Shown here: one piece after another, positions 51,100-63,396 of the stretch
Position numbering within the stretch: the stretch's first letter is position 1
Layout: every line of letters starts with the position of its first letter
Made by a program: the position numbers and the translations under genes
Notes under the pieces: generated by a model
The model's database searches: none
What the model saw: the letters and a program-made list of their open reading frames with translations, nothing else
Told to the model about the DNA's origin: nothing
Origin: Klebsormidium nitens
Lineage: Eukaryota > Plantae > Klebsormidiophyceae
Reading direction: 5' to 3'
Assembly: GCA_000708835.1 (NCBI GenBank)
Contig: DF236962.1
Location: 62,001-126,000, forward strand
DNA length: 64,000 nt

Positions 51100-53127
51100 C
51101 GATCTACCGCTGCTTGACCGTCCGATCGAATAGCTTGACGGCTGGCACTACTCTTAGAGCCTTAGTACCCACCTCTACCCAGCGCGTACGGTCGGCTGCG
51201 CGGCCGCTGCGCAGAGGAACTGTCATGTGTCGGACTCTGGAGACGGTAAGGCCTATCTGCTCAAAGCAGATTTGCGTTTCACGACAGCAATCTGACAACG
51301 AATTGCTAGGCCGATTGTTTCCCTCGCGGAAGGCAAGGAGGCTGCTCTGCCATGGAGCGCCGCTTTCCGCCACCTTAGCCTGAGTAACTTATATTATTTT
51401 GCTGACATTGCACGCACTTGAGAGTGAAACATGCCCCCCCGCAGGCGCATCCCCGTGCGGTTCGTGTTCTCGTCCTGAACGTTGGAAAGAGCTAGTGCCT
51501 GCCCGTTCTCCCGGTTCTTTCGCCGAAGCCAAGCTGCTGCTTGTCCAAAGACTGGACTTCCAAGCCTAAGATCATCGCCTCGATCTCCTGGACCCTATCC
51601 GTACTGGCAGTACATTGCTTCTCTGGGCCCCTAGACTCCCCCATGACCGGTCGAAAGACCCCTACTCAAGCTTCTCCTGCAGGCTGGCCGCCCCTACTTC
51701 ACTCTGCCACTAGTTGGCCCCGTACTAATAACCAACCAAGTTATCATCGGGGTACTGCAGGAGCAATGTCGACGTCCGTTAGAGGATCCCCGTTTCATTG
51801 AAGGTCTGTTAAAATAGGGCTCCACCTGGTGACAGACGTCGATCGCGAGGTAGCTTCTTCTGTGACGTCACGATTGGAACCCAACAGTAATGCTACGACC
51901 GTCCCTTCGGCTTCGGCCTAGGTTGGTAGCAAACTCTCCGACGGCAGGCGCCACGTGTCGACCTGCAGACGTCGAGTTCCTTGTCGGTTTACTTCAGCTT
52001 GACAAAGAAGACGATTGAATCAGCGCTAGCAAGGTCAAAGCAATGCCAAGATATTGAAGCAGCAGCCCCATTAAGACGGTACCTGGATACCAAACAACGC
52101 CGGCACAGGTTGTGCGGCTTGTAGAGCCCTCTGCTGTTGACTGGCTCTTGGTCATCTGGAGGGGAAGAATTAGATAGCGAAGACGTAGAAGGGAAGAGTA
52201 AGAAGCTTTTGCTTTTGAAGGGGCCCTTTTTGAAGCAGACTGGAAGAAGAGCAAAGACTACTCGAGAGATCGAACCCAGTCGATGCATATGCCCGAACAA
52301 CGAAAAGCTCGTGAAAGAGAAGAAAACAAAGAAGAAAGGAAGAAGGAAAGAAACTCCTCACCACAAAGTGAGGGGGGAAAAGGGATTCAGATCCACAACT
52401 TGATGACTTGACTTCGTCAAAACGGCAGTTCTTCTCGGGTTGACTCTTGAGATTTGGAGAGCCGATCGCGATGAGCGCCGATATTTCGAGTACCATACAG
52501 CTTCTTGCGCGTCAATCAGATTACCCCGGCTTCTACTTTGGACCAAGAAGATACCATCTACAACCATCATAGGCGAGCTGTTCAATTGTTTGATGACGCG
52601 AGCGCAAGCAATCTGAAAGCATCACGTCTTGCGAGCGCATTGCCATGACCTCAGGCCCTCGACAAAGAAGAGGCAATGCGCGAAGGAGAGGCCGTCGCAA
52701 TAAGGCTACAATTCCGAAGGGGCGCTTGGAACCGCCAAAACGCGCATGCTGCTCGTTTCTCACCGGCAAACTGGTACAAAAAAGGACCTCCAAGGCTTTC
52801 GTGCCCCTCTTGCCCTTTGTGTCACAGCTCACAACAACGTCTTTAGTCCACGTCGTACTGCACGATTCTCACCGTGGGAAAGGCTGGCCTTACACGGTTA
52901 TGATCTTTCCCAGATACTTGGCATAGGAATCTTGAACGCCTTTGCTCGGAGAAAGGGTGGCATCCGTCCCTCTCTAGATCATAGCTCGGGAGGAAGGTGG
53001 AGCTTCCAAATCAAAGACTTCAGCAGGTCCCTTGCCGGAGGGGGCGGGGGTCCACCCCGGGCAGCCCCTGCTGCCCGCGGCCATAGATCCAGTTGCCGAT
53101 ATTGATGCACAGTTCAAACGGCAGAAG
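51100..53127 (-). pseudogene. Fifth, disrupted copy of the multi-UBL/ubiquitin fusion gene
   Basis: Exon-1 relic (LPFELCI...GQQGLPGVDP; LLKSLIWKLHLPP; VQDSY; VQYDVD). Exon-2 relic 51962-51418 (VDTWRLPSESLLP*..GTVVALLLGSN; DRVQEIEAMILGLEVQSLDKQQLGFGE; ENGQALALSNVQDENT..MRLRG/MFHS|gt) with stops and frameshifts. Weak exon-3 relic below 51375. Confidence 0.75.
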
Positions 53128-54267
53128 TGCGGCCCCCAGTTACTACCGCGCTGGGGTCCAAGAGATAGAAATTCCTTGATAGATAAGGAGACTTTGCCAG
53201 TGAATAAGCAATTGAAGGGTACGCAGGCGGTCCTAAGCCCTCATGTAAGCTGTTCCAGGACTTGACCCAGAATCTCGGCTAACTGGAGACGTTTACGCAA
53301 GTGAGGACGATGTCTGGTTGTCGCGGCTCATATCTAGGATCCTAGGGTGTGTACTTGGCCTGGTTTATTTTGAGCCGGGGGTTATCAGCTGTCATGTGGT
53401 GACCGTTGAATCTCAACGAGATTGAACTACAATAGAAATGTCGTCTCTCGGGTCAGCAAAACTGGACGGACGGCAAAATAGCCAGTCCAAAACGACATCC
53501 GCAGTTTACAGAAGTCTGCAATTGGCGCTTTGTACCCGACTGGAACCAGCCAATGCTAGCAAACGCTGTCGAATCTGCGTCTTGGAGGTAGCCACTAAGC
53601 ACGTGGCGGGATCTCAGACGGTGCATCGCGCTGAATTGACGATTTCGCCACGGTTCAGCCCGTTGATTTGTGCCCATTAAGACAGGCCCACAAACATAGT
53701 GCTTGGAGACTGACTGCGTCACTGCATGATGCGCAGGATTCCTACGGATCTCTATAGAACACCTTTAGCAGGGTTCGCGTACAATAGACGTCAGCGACGC
53801 CTTCATGGCGAGCGCAATATGTAGTCCAACTGAGACACAATACTTTTTTTCTTGTAATAGTTCGCACATGAGTCTCAAGAACGTCATGTACTGCGTGGTT
53901 AAGAGAAACGCCTGGCACAATCATAGAGCCTGCAGCATGTGCAAACATCAGAGTCGTGCAGCATTGGTAACACCGTGTTGTACGTGTCATGCGTACATAT
54001 GACCATCGCTTTGCCACAAGAGCGTTGACTTACAAAGTCTCCCATCACGTTATGCATCTTGCTATACAAGTCCAATCGTACGAAATGTTGAAGCATAATC
54101 CCGACTCTTGTCGAATCCCTCCTGATCCGAAAGCTGTTTTCTGGTTGTGCCTTCAAAACAAACACGCGGATGACCAGACGCCATACGCTGAGATCAACAG
54201 CGGATTTTCAAATCCGTCGAACGTATGAAGAATGCCCTTTGGCATGAATCGTACAAGCAGTCACTCT

Positions 54268-54805
54268 CTACTGATTGAACACATCAATCAGACGGTGATT
54301 ACTGGAGACAACGAACACGGCCTTCCTGAGGCGCACCATTGCAGGACTTAGACTTGACGAGTCTAGTGAAAGATCCAGGAGTCTAGCAAATGCTCCTGCA
54401 CAAGCCATATTCAATCCTCTATCATCGTTGCTTCCGCCCGAACAAGATGCAACCATTCTTAAGATCAAGTCAAGGTGCTAAAATCACCTCCTGCGTGAAC
54501 TCTTTTACGAGGTGATCAGTTCCCGAATCTGCCTCCGAAGCGGTTCCGAGCTCAAGGGATGCTTTGAAAACCTCAAGAACCATACGCTCAAGCTTTGGAC
54601 GATTTTTAATGGCGCTTGCACTCTCCTTTGTGTCCCAGTCTCCAATGAGAGGCCTGAAATGGGAGGAGGAATTTTTTGGGTCAACCCTCTCAATCGGGTA
54701 ATCAGCAGCAGGCAGCTGAACGCTGTCGTTACAAAGAGACATGAGCTTCTCGCACCCGTCGAGTCTTTCAACGGTGAGACCTGACAATATCCTTGTCTCT
54801 ACCAA
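54268..54805 (-). other. Coding-like fragments downstream of the MYND exon (further exons or degenerate paralog)
   Basis: Abutting ORFs 54470-54805 and 54268-54468 with helical-protein composition; could not be joined in phase to the MYND exon. Confidence 0.3.
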
Positions 54806-55047
54806 GAAGCATCTACAGATCCACGGATTAACGTGGACCCTAAGTGTCTCTGAAGTTGTTACAGGGCTAACGCACGCCAGTACAGCGCTTGTAAGAGCAG
54901 CCTTGGCAAAGAAAAGACTTCCAGCTCGGAGTAAGATTCAGGAGAAGCGTAAGACAACATGGGCTGATTGGCAAACTCATAGGGCACACTTCAAGGCTAC
55001 AAGTGATGAGAGGTACGGCTGTGTATGTTACAATGTAAGGGAGCTAC

Positions 55048-58000
55048 CTGGCAAGCCTTCGAGCAGTACCGCACACGTCCGCAGCCGCCGCACTTGTTGA
55101 ATGTCCCTTTTGAAACCTCAACGACATCTTTGGCGCAGTCCTGCAGGAAAGAATACATATGGCAACTTCGTTCATTGCTCAGAGTCATAGAGAGGTTTGG
55201 CGGCTATTTCAGCTTTCCTACTTCAAACTCATGTGCCAGGGCCAGAGACGAACCGTTCTGTTATTTATAAGCTTTATGTGGAAAGCCATCCGACTGGGCA
55301 CAAAATCTTGGCGTCATACGAGGACGAAAACCCGAGCAGGCCATATAGGCAACCCGAAATGAAATCTGGATTCAGCTAGAAGATTGAAAAGCAGCGCGAC
55401 TTTCAACTTGAAACCCGACAACGGAATCTAACTTGCACAGCGTCCTTTTGCAGAAAAGGCATTTCTGGAGAAAAACCTCCATTAAGAAACAGACCCAAAA
55501 GGTCATTCCAAGAGCCTCACCGGATAAGCGCACTCTTCGAGCCCGAATCTCTCGGCCAGCATCGCCCAGACTCGCTTCGCGGTCTCCTGCAGGATCGGCA
55601 GCCACGTGGCCACACCGTGCAGGGTTGGCGGGTAGCAGTCCGCGAGGTAGCTTGAGGCCGCGGCGCGCGTCCGCAGGACGGCCGCGGAGAAGCCGATGCC
55701 ATCCGCGGAGACGACTTCGGACACGAAGCGCTCCTTGAGCGCGGCGTCGCCGGCCGCGCGGTGGAGCGCGCGCCCGAAGATATCCAGCAGGTTTGGAAGA
55801 GCCTCCGTCGTCTCGTGCCACGTGTCGCGCTCGTCTTCGTCCAGCGTCGTGGCGACGATGAGCTCCGAGATGGGCACCCCCTCGATCGGCTTCCGGTCAT
55901 CTTCCGGGTGGACGTAGCACAGCCGGAACTCGCCCCCGCGGAACACGCTCGAGAAGTGGGCGTAAACGCCGCCGAGGCAGGCCACCAAACCCGCGGCCAC
56001 GGGGATCAGGACGTCGGAAACGACTTCGGGCGCCGCAGACAGCGTCTGCAGGACGATCGCCGGGCAGAAGGGGTTGCTGCGGGTGCGGCCCTCGCCGAGC
56101 GCCACACCCAGCGCGACGTCCCCGCCTTCGATCGCGCGAGCGGCCAGCCGCGCGACGCGCATCACAGTCCCCGAGGCCACGAGCGCGGCAGCGCCGCGGT
56201 CGATCTCGTCCGCCATCGCTGCAACGAGCGCCTCATACGCGTCCCCTTCCAGCCGCTCCTCCTCTGGCAGCAATTCGAACGCCTCTAGTCTTGCAACGAG
56301 AGCGGGGGAGTACTCGGGGAGGAAGAGCGCGAGCGACGCCAGGCCCTTCCAAGCCATCCCGGTGTTACTCCCCCCCTTCACTTCGTCCTCTTCGATGGTC
56401 CGGACCGCCAGCTCCACCAGTGCGTACCGGTGCCGATACTTCCGCCCGGGGACCGTTTCGAACGCCGCAAACAGGCACTGCATCAGGTCCTGCCGGTCAT
56501 GCCGATCGAGCGCCCCGTAGTCGCGCGCCGCCCACGCCAACAGCCGCGGGCCCATGTCTTCCAAACCCTCCGCGTAGAACATGTTATACTGGGCGACGCG
56601 GCCGCGCAGTTGCGCGGGCCCGCCGCAGCCGATAAAGACCATGAGGACGGTCAGCGCCTCTTTAGCTTCGAGTGACAGCTGGCAGCGCGCGCCGCGCGGC
56701 AACGCGGCCGTCTCGTTCTCCAGCGCGCGCATCACGACGTCCGGGGCTCCCTCTGCAATGAGGCGCTCGTACTTGTCGACCTGGGCAAAGGCCAGCTCCG
56801 AAGCGACCAAAGCATACAGACTCTTTACGATGAGAGTCTCGAGGGTTTCCGCGTCCCCCTCTCCCGCCTTCAACTTCTTCAGCAGGTCCAAGGCCTCTTG
56901 AAAGGCTGCGCGGCTCTTCTCTTCGAGTTCCTGCTCTTTAAGGCGCTTTTCCGCGGGGTTCGCTTCCGTCAGAGAGCTGATCTGCTTCAGGCGGAACTCC
57001 GTGCTTTGCCAGATCTTTTTGAACGTCCCGATGTTTGCCACGTCCACCTCGAAGAGCGCGTTCACACCGTCGCATATGTTCGTAACAACTGCGGGCGTGA
57101 AGATCTCCCTTCCGACAAATTCATCCGCAAGGAGAGAAATCACCTGCACGAGTGCCATCAGGGCCGTCAAGTGACACCCCGCCTCCGGCGCGTGCGCGGA
57201 CGCGGCCGCGCGCCGCAAGAAGCTGAGGACGTCCGAAACCCAGCACGCCCACTCCGCCGGTCCGACTTGTTCGGAGGCCCATTCCCTGGTCGGAGCACCG
57301 TCCCGAAAGAACGCGGCAACGGCTTCGCAGACGTTTTGGACCAGGACAATCGAAATCAGGAGGCGTAGCGTATTAGAGGGCGCGGGATTGCGAAATGGGA
57401 TGAGCTTGAGGAGGGCGGGGAGCAGCCCGCTGTGCAGAGCTTCGGTTGTGAACTCGGGTGTGTGCTCGAAGAGGTGTCTGGTGAGGTCGAAGGCTAGCTG
57501 CAAAACCTCCCACGGGCGATATTTTCGGGTTCCTGCTAAGTAGTTCTTGTGGGGGGTCGCACCATCGAGGAATCGGCTATTCTCTTGAGGGAAGACGTCT
57601 TCGAAAAACTCGGCTACCAACGGGGCGATGTCGGACGCGTCGAACTGCAAAGGACCAAGGTAAGCTGTGGCAAAATTTACAAGCCGTGACGTGAAAGCTA
57701 TGGTTGAGTGCGTTTCTTTTCGACCTTCCACAGAATGCCATCATGACTTTCGCGAAAGAACGAGGCAGAACAAGGGTTCTGTGTTGGATATGATGCGGTA
57801 AGAGATTCCCGAGATCTTTGACTTCGCTCTCTTTGTTTCGCAGTATCAGCACCACAGTGTTTGACGCCTTGGACTTTTCAAATGTCTGTGGCCTCGAAGA
57901 GCGTGTCTCGCAAAGATTTTGAACCACTGTGAGGACTGACAGCTTCGTGGACAGAGTTCAAGAGTTGACGAGATCGAGGTAGAAGAGAGTTCGAAAGAGA

Positions 58001-59617
58001 CTGCAGTAGCTGATGCCCTCAGACACGGTGACCACAGCCTTCAAGAAGCTGATCACTTTGTATAAGGTGAGCTCTTACCTGTCTGGAGAATGGTGGGATA
58101 CTAGCCAGTCGCTCCAAGCAGCCGACGATCTCTGGAAGGAAGGCGTTGGTGTCGGCTTCTTCAATGAGCAATCCGAATAGCGCTCTGACCACGTCCTTGT
58201 TCGCCGTCAATTCCAGTACCTGCGTTACAAGAAAAAGCTCTTATGGACTTAGGTAAGTTGGCTGAACCAGAATCACCACGGTTGCTGCAGCTGAGGGTAA
58301 ACTACTGATACTACTGTAGTTGTGTGGCATCGTCAGACAGCATTCGCGGTTCAATCATGAGCAACAGGCCTAGTCATATAAAGAGTCTAGGAGTTACAGA
58401 GCAAAATCGAAACCAAGAGCAAGAAAAGAAGAATCAAGAAGGGACACAACGTCCTGTTAACAGGAACGCGACAGTCTATGGTTATTGCCCTCAACCTTTC
58501 GACCCGTTCGCAATCAACTTAAGTCTTATGTCTAGGTGATCTACAGGGTTATATCAAGTCGGCACACATAAGCAGGCTGCTGGTATTTCCCTATCCACTA
58601 TATGTCAGAGTCTTTCAGAGAACCTCTTCTGTCAATTTTAAACAAGCACCAAAAAGCTATTTGCATGGCCAAGAGGCTAGTAGCAAGATCTCTTCATGGA
58701 ATTCGATCCCCCCTTCGTGAATCAAAAGATCCTTGCCTGCTTGTACGCCGGACTGGGGTCGATTTGCAGTGTCTGCCACTGGTTCCCTGCGCCGCGGCCA
58801 GCTGATGGGCTGCCCTTGATCTCGTCGACCAGTCCTCTTAGCTCAGAGACTGCGCGAGGCCGCATCTGGCCGGAGGATAGCACCTTGAGATATTTTGCCG
58901 ACGAGCTGCCCACACCAATCCTGGAGTCTCGCTGCATTCAAGATGGAGTTGCATGAATTTTGCTCAGTAGGGTGCTAGCAGTTCTGATAATGGTGGTCAT
59001 GAGGGTCAGACAGGTGGAATAGCTTGATTCATGAATGAAATAAAGAGCAGTAAGCATGACCTGGTGCATGCTCTCGGTGAGAAGGACATACTAAGCTAAG
59101 CAGAGGCAGGAGCTCGTGGCATAAGCCAGAAGCGGAAGGACAACCTTATCTAGAAACTCAATACAAGGGCTGGCCACTCAGAATATAGATAGCACCTCAA
59201 TTCCGGAAATGGTGATGAGGAATCCCATAAAGCAAGCCCCCTCGCAGAAAAATAAAGTACATACGCCGAGGCCTTCGACCTTGCATGATCAATACTCTCG
59301 CATAAACGAAACCCCGTATTACCCTGATCAATTTTTCTGACGCCTCTTTCTCTTGAGCATGTATCAGCGAGCGAGCACAAGAGAGCAGGGTCGATCTCTC
59401 AGACCAGATGTTTCTACTTTCTTACACATCTCAAAGTTACCCCAAGCTCAGTAGCAAGAAGACTTTCTGCTGTGAGAGATTTTAAGCAGGCGAAATAACT
59501 GTCTCCGCTCGACCCACCTTGCTCCTCGTCATTTCCCTTCCTTAAATACCCTATGGAGCTTGGAAGGGACACCAAGCGCAAGACGCCGTTGAGATCTTCA
59601 GGTTGGAGATCGACCAA
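55048..59617 (-). CDS. Large alpha-helical (ARM/HEAT-like) protein with C-terminal MYND-type zinc finger; both ends uncertain
   Basis: Phase-consistent exons 59617-59426, 58931-58737, 58219-58079, 58000-57928, 57664-55521, 55140-55048. Spliced CAYP|DC...KCGGCGRVRYCSKACQ is the first part of a MYND finger. Confidence 0.72.
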
Positions 59618-60598
59618 CTAACTTCAGTCCTCTCTCCTCAAGAAGTGCTGAGAGCATCATTCGATCAGCGCAGGCATGCACACTCTGATGAGAGCACCTT
59701 AGCGCCTTCCTTCCATCCACAGGCGCCTGCGAAGTTTGCTTCCGGAGTCAAGGAGGTGAAACGAAGCTTGTAATCTTACGGGAGGCCGGTTTAGAGACAT
59801 TCACGATTCAGAATCACGCCGCTTGGAACCTCAACTGACTTCAGTCGTACCAGGACACCAATTTAACTTCGTTCGTCAACACTGTTGCAGATGTCCTGTC
59901 TGACCTGCTTCAACCCGGTATGGGCCGCGACAATGGACCTGTCTTACAGTCATGGGACTACCGCTGCATAAGCATGCGTGCGGCCGGTGCACGGATGATC
60001 ACGCGTCCCTGGCCGGATCGACTGCACGCAGGCTGGTGCGTGAGTTGGAAACTCACTTTGACTATGCAAGCGTATACTGACCATGCGGTCTGCAAAGGGA
60101 AGCTAACGTCATCGAATGCAACTTGATACACAAGAGGAGGAAATTTTCCGCATTATTAGCATGTCAAGAGGTAAAGCGCCCTCTCCATTCAGTGCATCCA
60201 GTGCTGAAATACGCTCAAGAGTGACAGCTAATTGTTGCGCGGCCGGCCGCCACAACGCGCGTAAGAGTACAATTGTTGATCAGTGGTGCGCGTGATCAGA
60301 AGATATCATTGAAGAACTGCACAAGTCTAGGTATCACGCATGAGGCAATCGCCACGCCAGACACTGAGCGTATATATATGGCCCAATCTTCGTCTTGCGT
60401 GCACTAAGTCACGGAGGCTCTTTTTTGCATGTCCTCCCGAAGGCAGTTGAATGTTGATCTCGTTATGCGTCATGCCTAGATAGGCTCTCAAAAGTTGTGG
60501 GCACTCCATTGAGTTTCAAGCAACGGATTCTCATGATACAAAGAGACTCTTTGGTTCACTGTACAGGCAGAGCTCACTCAAGCGGCAAAGAAGCCACG

Positions 60599-63396
60599 CT
60601 ATTGAGACTCGGCGTTAGGCGCGGGCGGTAAGAGCCCCCTACGCGAGGCGTTCTCGTACAAGGCTATTGCCGCCAGGGCTTTCGAGTCGGCGGTCGACTT
60701 CCATAGGTCCTCATATGGGACCACCACCAACTGAATTAACTCTCCGTGGTCTTGGAGGCCGGTCTGCTTCCCCTGGAGGTCTTTGATAACCTGCAACACA
60801 AAAAGGAATATGTAATTTAACCGCCGCTTGACAATCCGTAACACAGTCACGGATTGCAGGGTCCTGCATTGCAACATCGTCAGAAACGTAACTTTCCTTT
60901 CGTCGACTTACTCACATTTCTCGGAAACGTGCTTGACAACCTGCATACAGCGGTACAAGCTGAAGCCTTGATCTGGGCTCGATGCGTACTCCGCGTCAGC
61001 AACCGCAGAAAATTGTGCTGCAGTCTCCTCGTTTACGGGTTACCGGTATATTAGGAAGAGGGACAATGATGTTATCAGATTGAGAGGTCTCGGACGAAGA
61101 CGAATTCCTAAGGATCGGCCGTAGCTTTCAGTACACCCTAAACCTGGCCATGATAAATCTGCTGGGAACTCTTGAGAAGGCCGTGCGTTGTGCTCATTGG
61201 GCCCGAAATGTTACAGCGATTCAAGTCGACTTGTTTCACCCCTTTCCAAATCCAAGTCAACGGGTAAGCAATCATCGTGTCGTGTCCTACTTCATAAACT
61301 GCTCAGTACGTTCGGCTTACGAAAACAACCGAAGCAACGGCGTCCGTCAACCCCTCCTAGAGATTAAAGGCGCATACGAGCAGGAAGCTCGTGCAAACAC
61401 CACAAGTGTTGGTGACTCTGTGTTCTCCGAGAGATCAATCGGAAGTACTTTTTGCTTGTTGAACAGGTCAGCTTTCAACTTGGAACGTGATCGAATGATC
61501 TATGTTTGAGACAGCCCACCTTTGCATCCACCTTCGCTCTGTACAACATGAGCCCGATCTCCTCGTCTGAGCCACCCTGCCGATGCACGGAGGAACGAGT
61601 GGACGAGTGAGTACCAAACCGTGGATCCGTGCGCACTGGAACAGAGCCAAGCACAAACCGCACAGATACCTAGTCCTAAAGTTCTTGAAACTACGCCGAC
61701 AACGAGTGTGGCACGGAGCAAGGTGACCTTCGTGGGGGAGCAATCAGAGAAACAGTCTACAAACTCCATAATGCATAGAGCCTCTCGCTTGAGAGCCCAA
61801 GTTCAAACCGCCTTTTACAAAGGCTTCGCATCTTGGGGCGGAATCGTCGCCGTTGATAATGACAGCGAACACGAGAAAGCCCCTGACAGAGCAAGAGCTC
61901 CACTGACAGAGGCTCAGACAGGGTTGCGTATTGTATCGCGGTACCGAGCGGGCGGAAGAACTAGAGCGGCAATTCTCATCCCTTACCGGTGACGGCAGCA
62001 TCCTCCGCCCCGTGCTCTCGTCGAGCAGCGCCGTCAGGTCCACCAGGTCGGAGCCTTTGATGTGAATGCCCACCTCCTCCTCAACCTGCAGAAGGCGTCT
62101 AGCTTCTAACTATGACTCCATTTTACAGCGTCCCTTTTGCAAGATCTCCAATGCTCTTCTTAGTGAAGCACTACCAAAGATGCGGATGAATCGCAACATG
62201 GTTCAGAGAAGGATGGGAGAGTCACGGGCACGAAGCTATAGCGCGGCGTCGTCCAACCAGAAAGCGACAGCACGGAAAGCAATAGGCCACCAACGGTGTG
62301 ACAATGAATTGAAGTCCACTTCCTCGCACATACCCACAGCGATGTTTCAAATCCAGATTCCATACCCTAAAAGATTATGATTGGAACGGTTCCACCGGAT
62401 TCTGAGGTGCCCTAGCAGACTCGTTCTCTGGTGGGGTGTGTACGAAGCAGCCTCCTTCCTTCCGGTCAAAGCATGCAACCCCACAATAAACCTCCAGAGC
62501 GCAACCCCCATAGTCCTATCACACCACATGGCAGATTTTCAGCAAAGGCGGCACCTCTTTGGCGGCCGTCCCGCTGAAGTCCCCCTCGTCGTCGTCCAGC
62601 ATGCCAGCTGGCAGCTCCTTGAGCGCCCGACCCACGGGAACCCGCGCCTGCAATAAACAGCGAGAGATTCTCTTTATCAAGCAGCCACGTCATCAATCGT
62701 ACGGACCAAGCTGACGTCGCACACTAAGGCGGGTTGGAACCCTGTTGGAACGGGTTTATGAAGGATCCGGGACGTTCTGATTACAGGCTGGGTTAAGGAA
62801 GGTCAGTGTCGCGGCTTCAGCGCATAAATTCAGACTCTCTCACCCTTGACTCTTTATGGCGGTTCAGAATACAGAAGACACGCGATCACTATTGAGACAA
62901 CAATTCGAGGGAACTCCAGATGACAACTTCGGCTCAAGTAGTAAAATCCCCAAGTGCTGCTCAGAAGAACTCGTGTCGGGTTCGCCGGAAGTGGCGCTCA
63001 TACTATATTCTTACCAACCATCTGATCTCAATGCCGCCATTACCGGTCCCTCGTTTCAATGATCGCTATGAGGCCCTTGCAGATGACCATTGAGGAGTTC
63101 AAGGAATGCTCCGAAGAGAGATCAGCGGATGGCCTGAAGCTCGATCCGGGGCATGAAGCATGCTGTCCGACATCTGCTTAAGAACCTCCTTTCTGACCAG
63201 CTTGAGATTGTCATGGCAGGTTACATCGCGACCTTAGAGTTTAAACCCTTAAAACCTTAAAACCCCTGTAAGATGGATTTCGCATATCTTATAATGTCCG
63301 TACCTGCTCTGTCAGGACAGCCCACGTGCGGCCCTCCGCCTTCAACAGCATGAGGATGCCCACAGCGCCTCCGCGCGCAAACACTATCCCCGGCAA
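60599..63396 (-). CDS. NUDX14: Nudix hydrolase, ADP-sugar pyrophosphatase (plant NUDX14-like); 5' exons not found in window
   Basis: Phase-0 exons 63396-63304, 62647-62555, 62085-61987, 61576-61520, 60790-60599. LPGIVFARGGAV, Nudix box ELPAGMLDDDEGDFSGTAAKEVEEEVGI, SPGGSDEEI, TADSKAL. Confidence 0.9.
63234..63266. repeat. Short degenerate telomere-like repeat (TTAAAACCC-like x3) in NUDX14 intron
   Basis: tttaaacccttaaaaccttaaaacccc. Confidence 0.45.

Noticed and set aside
55761-57368. Several plus-strand ORFs over the 2.1-kb ARM exon
   Set aside because: Antisense shadows caused by high GC at third codon positions.
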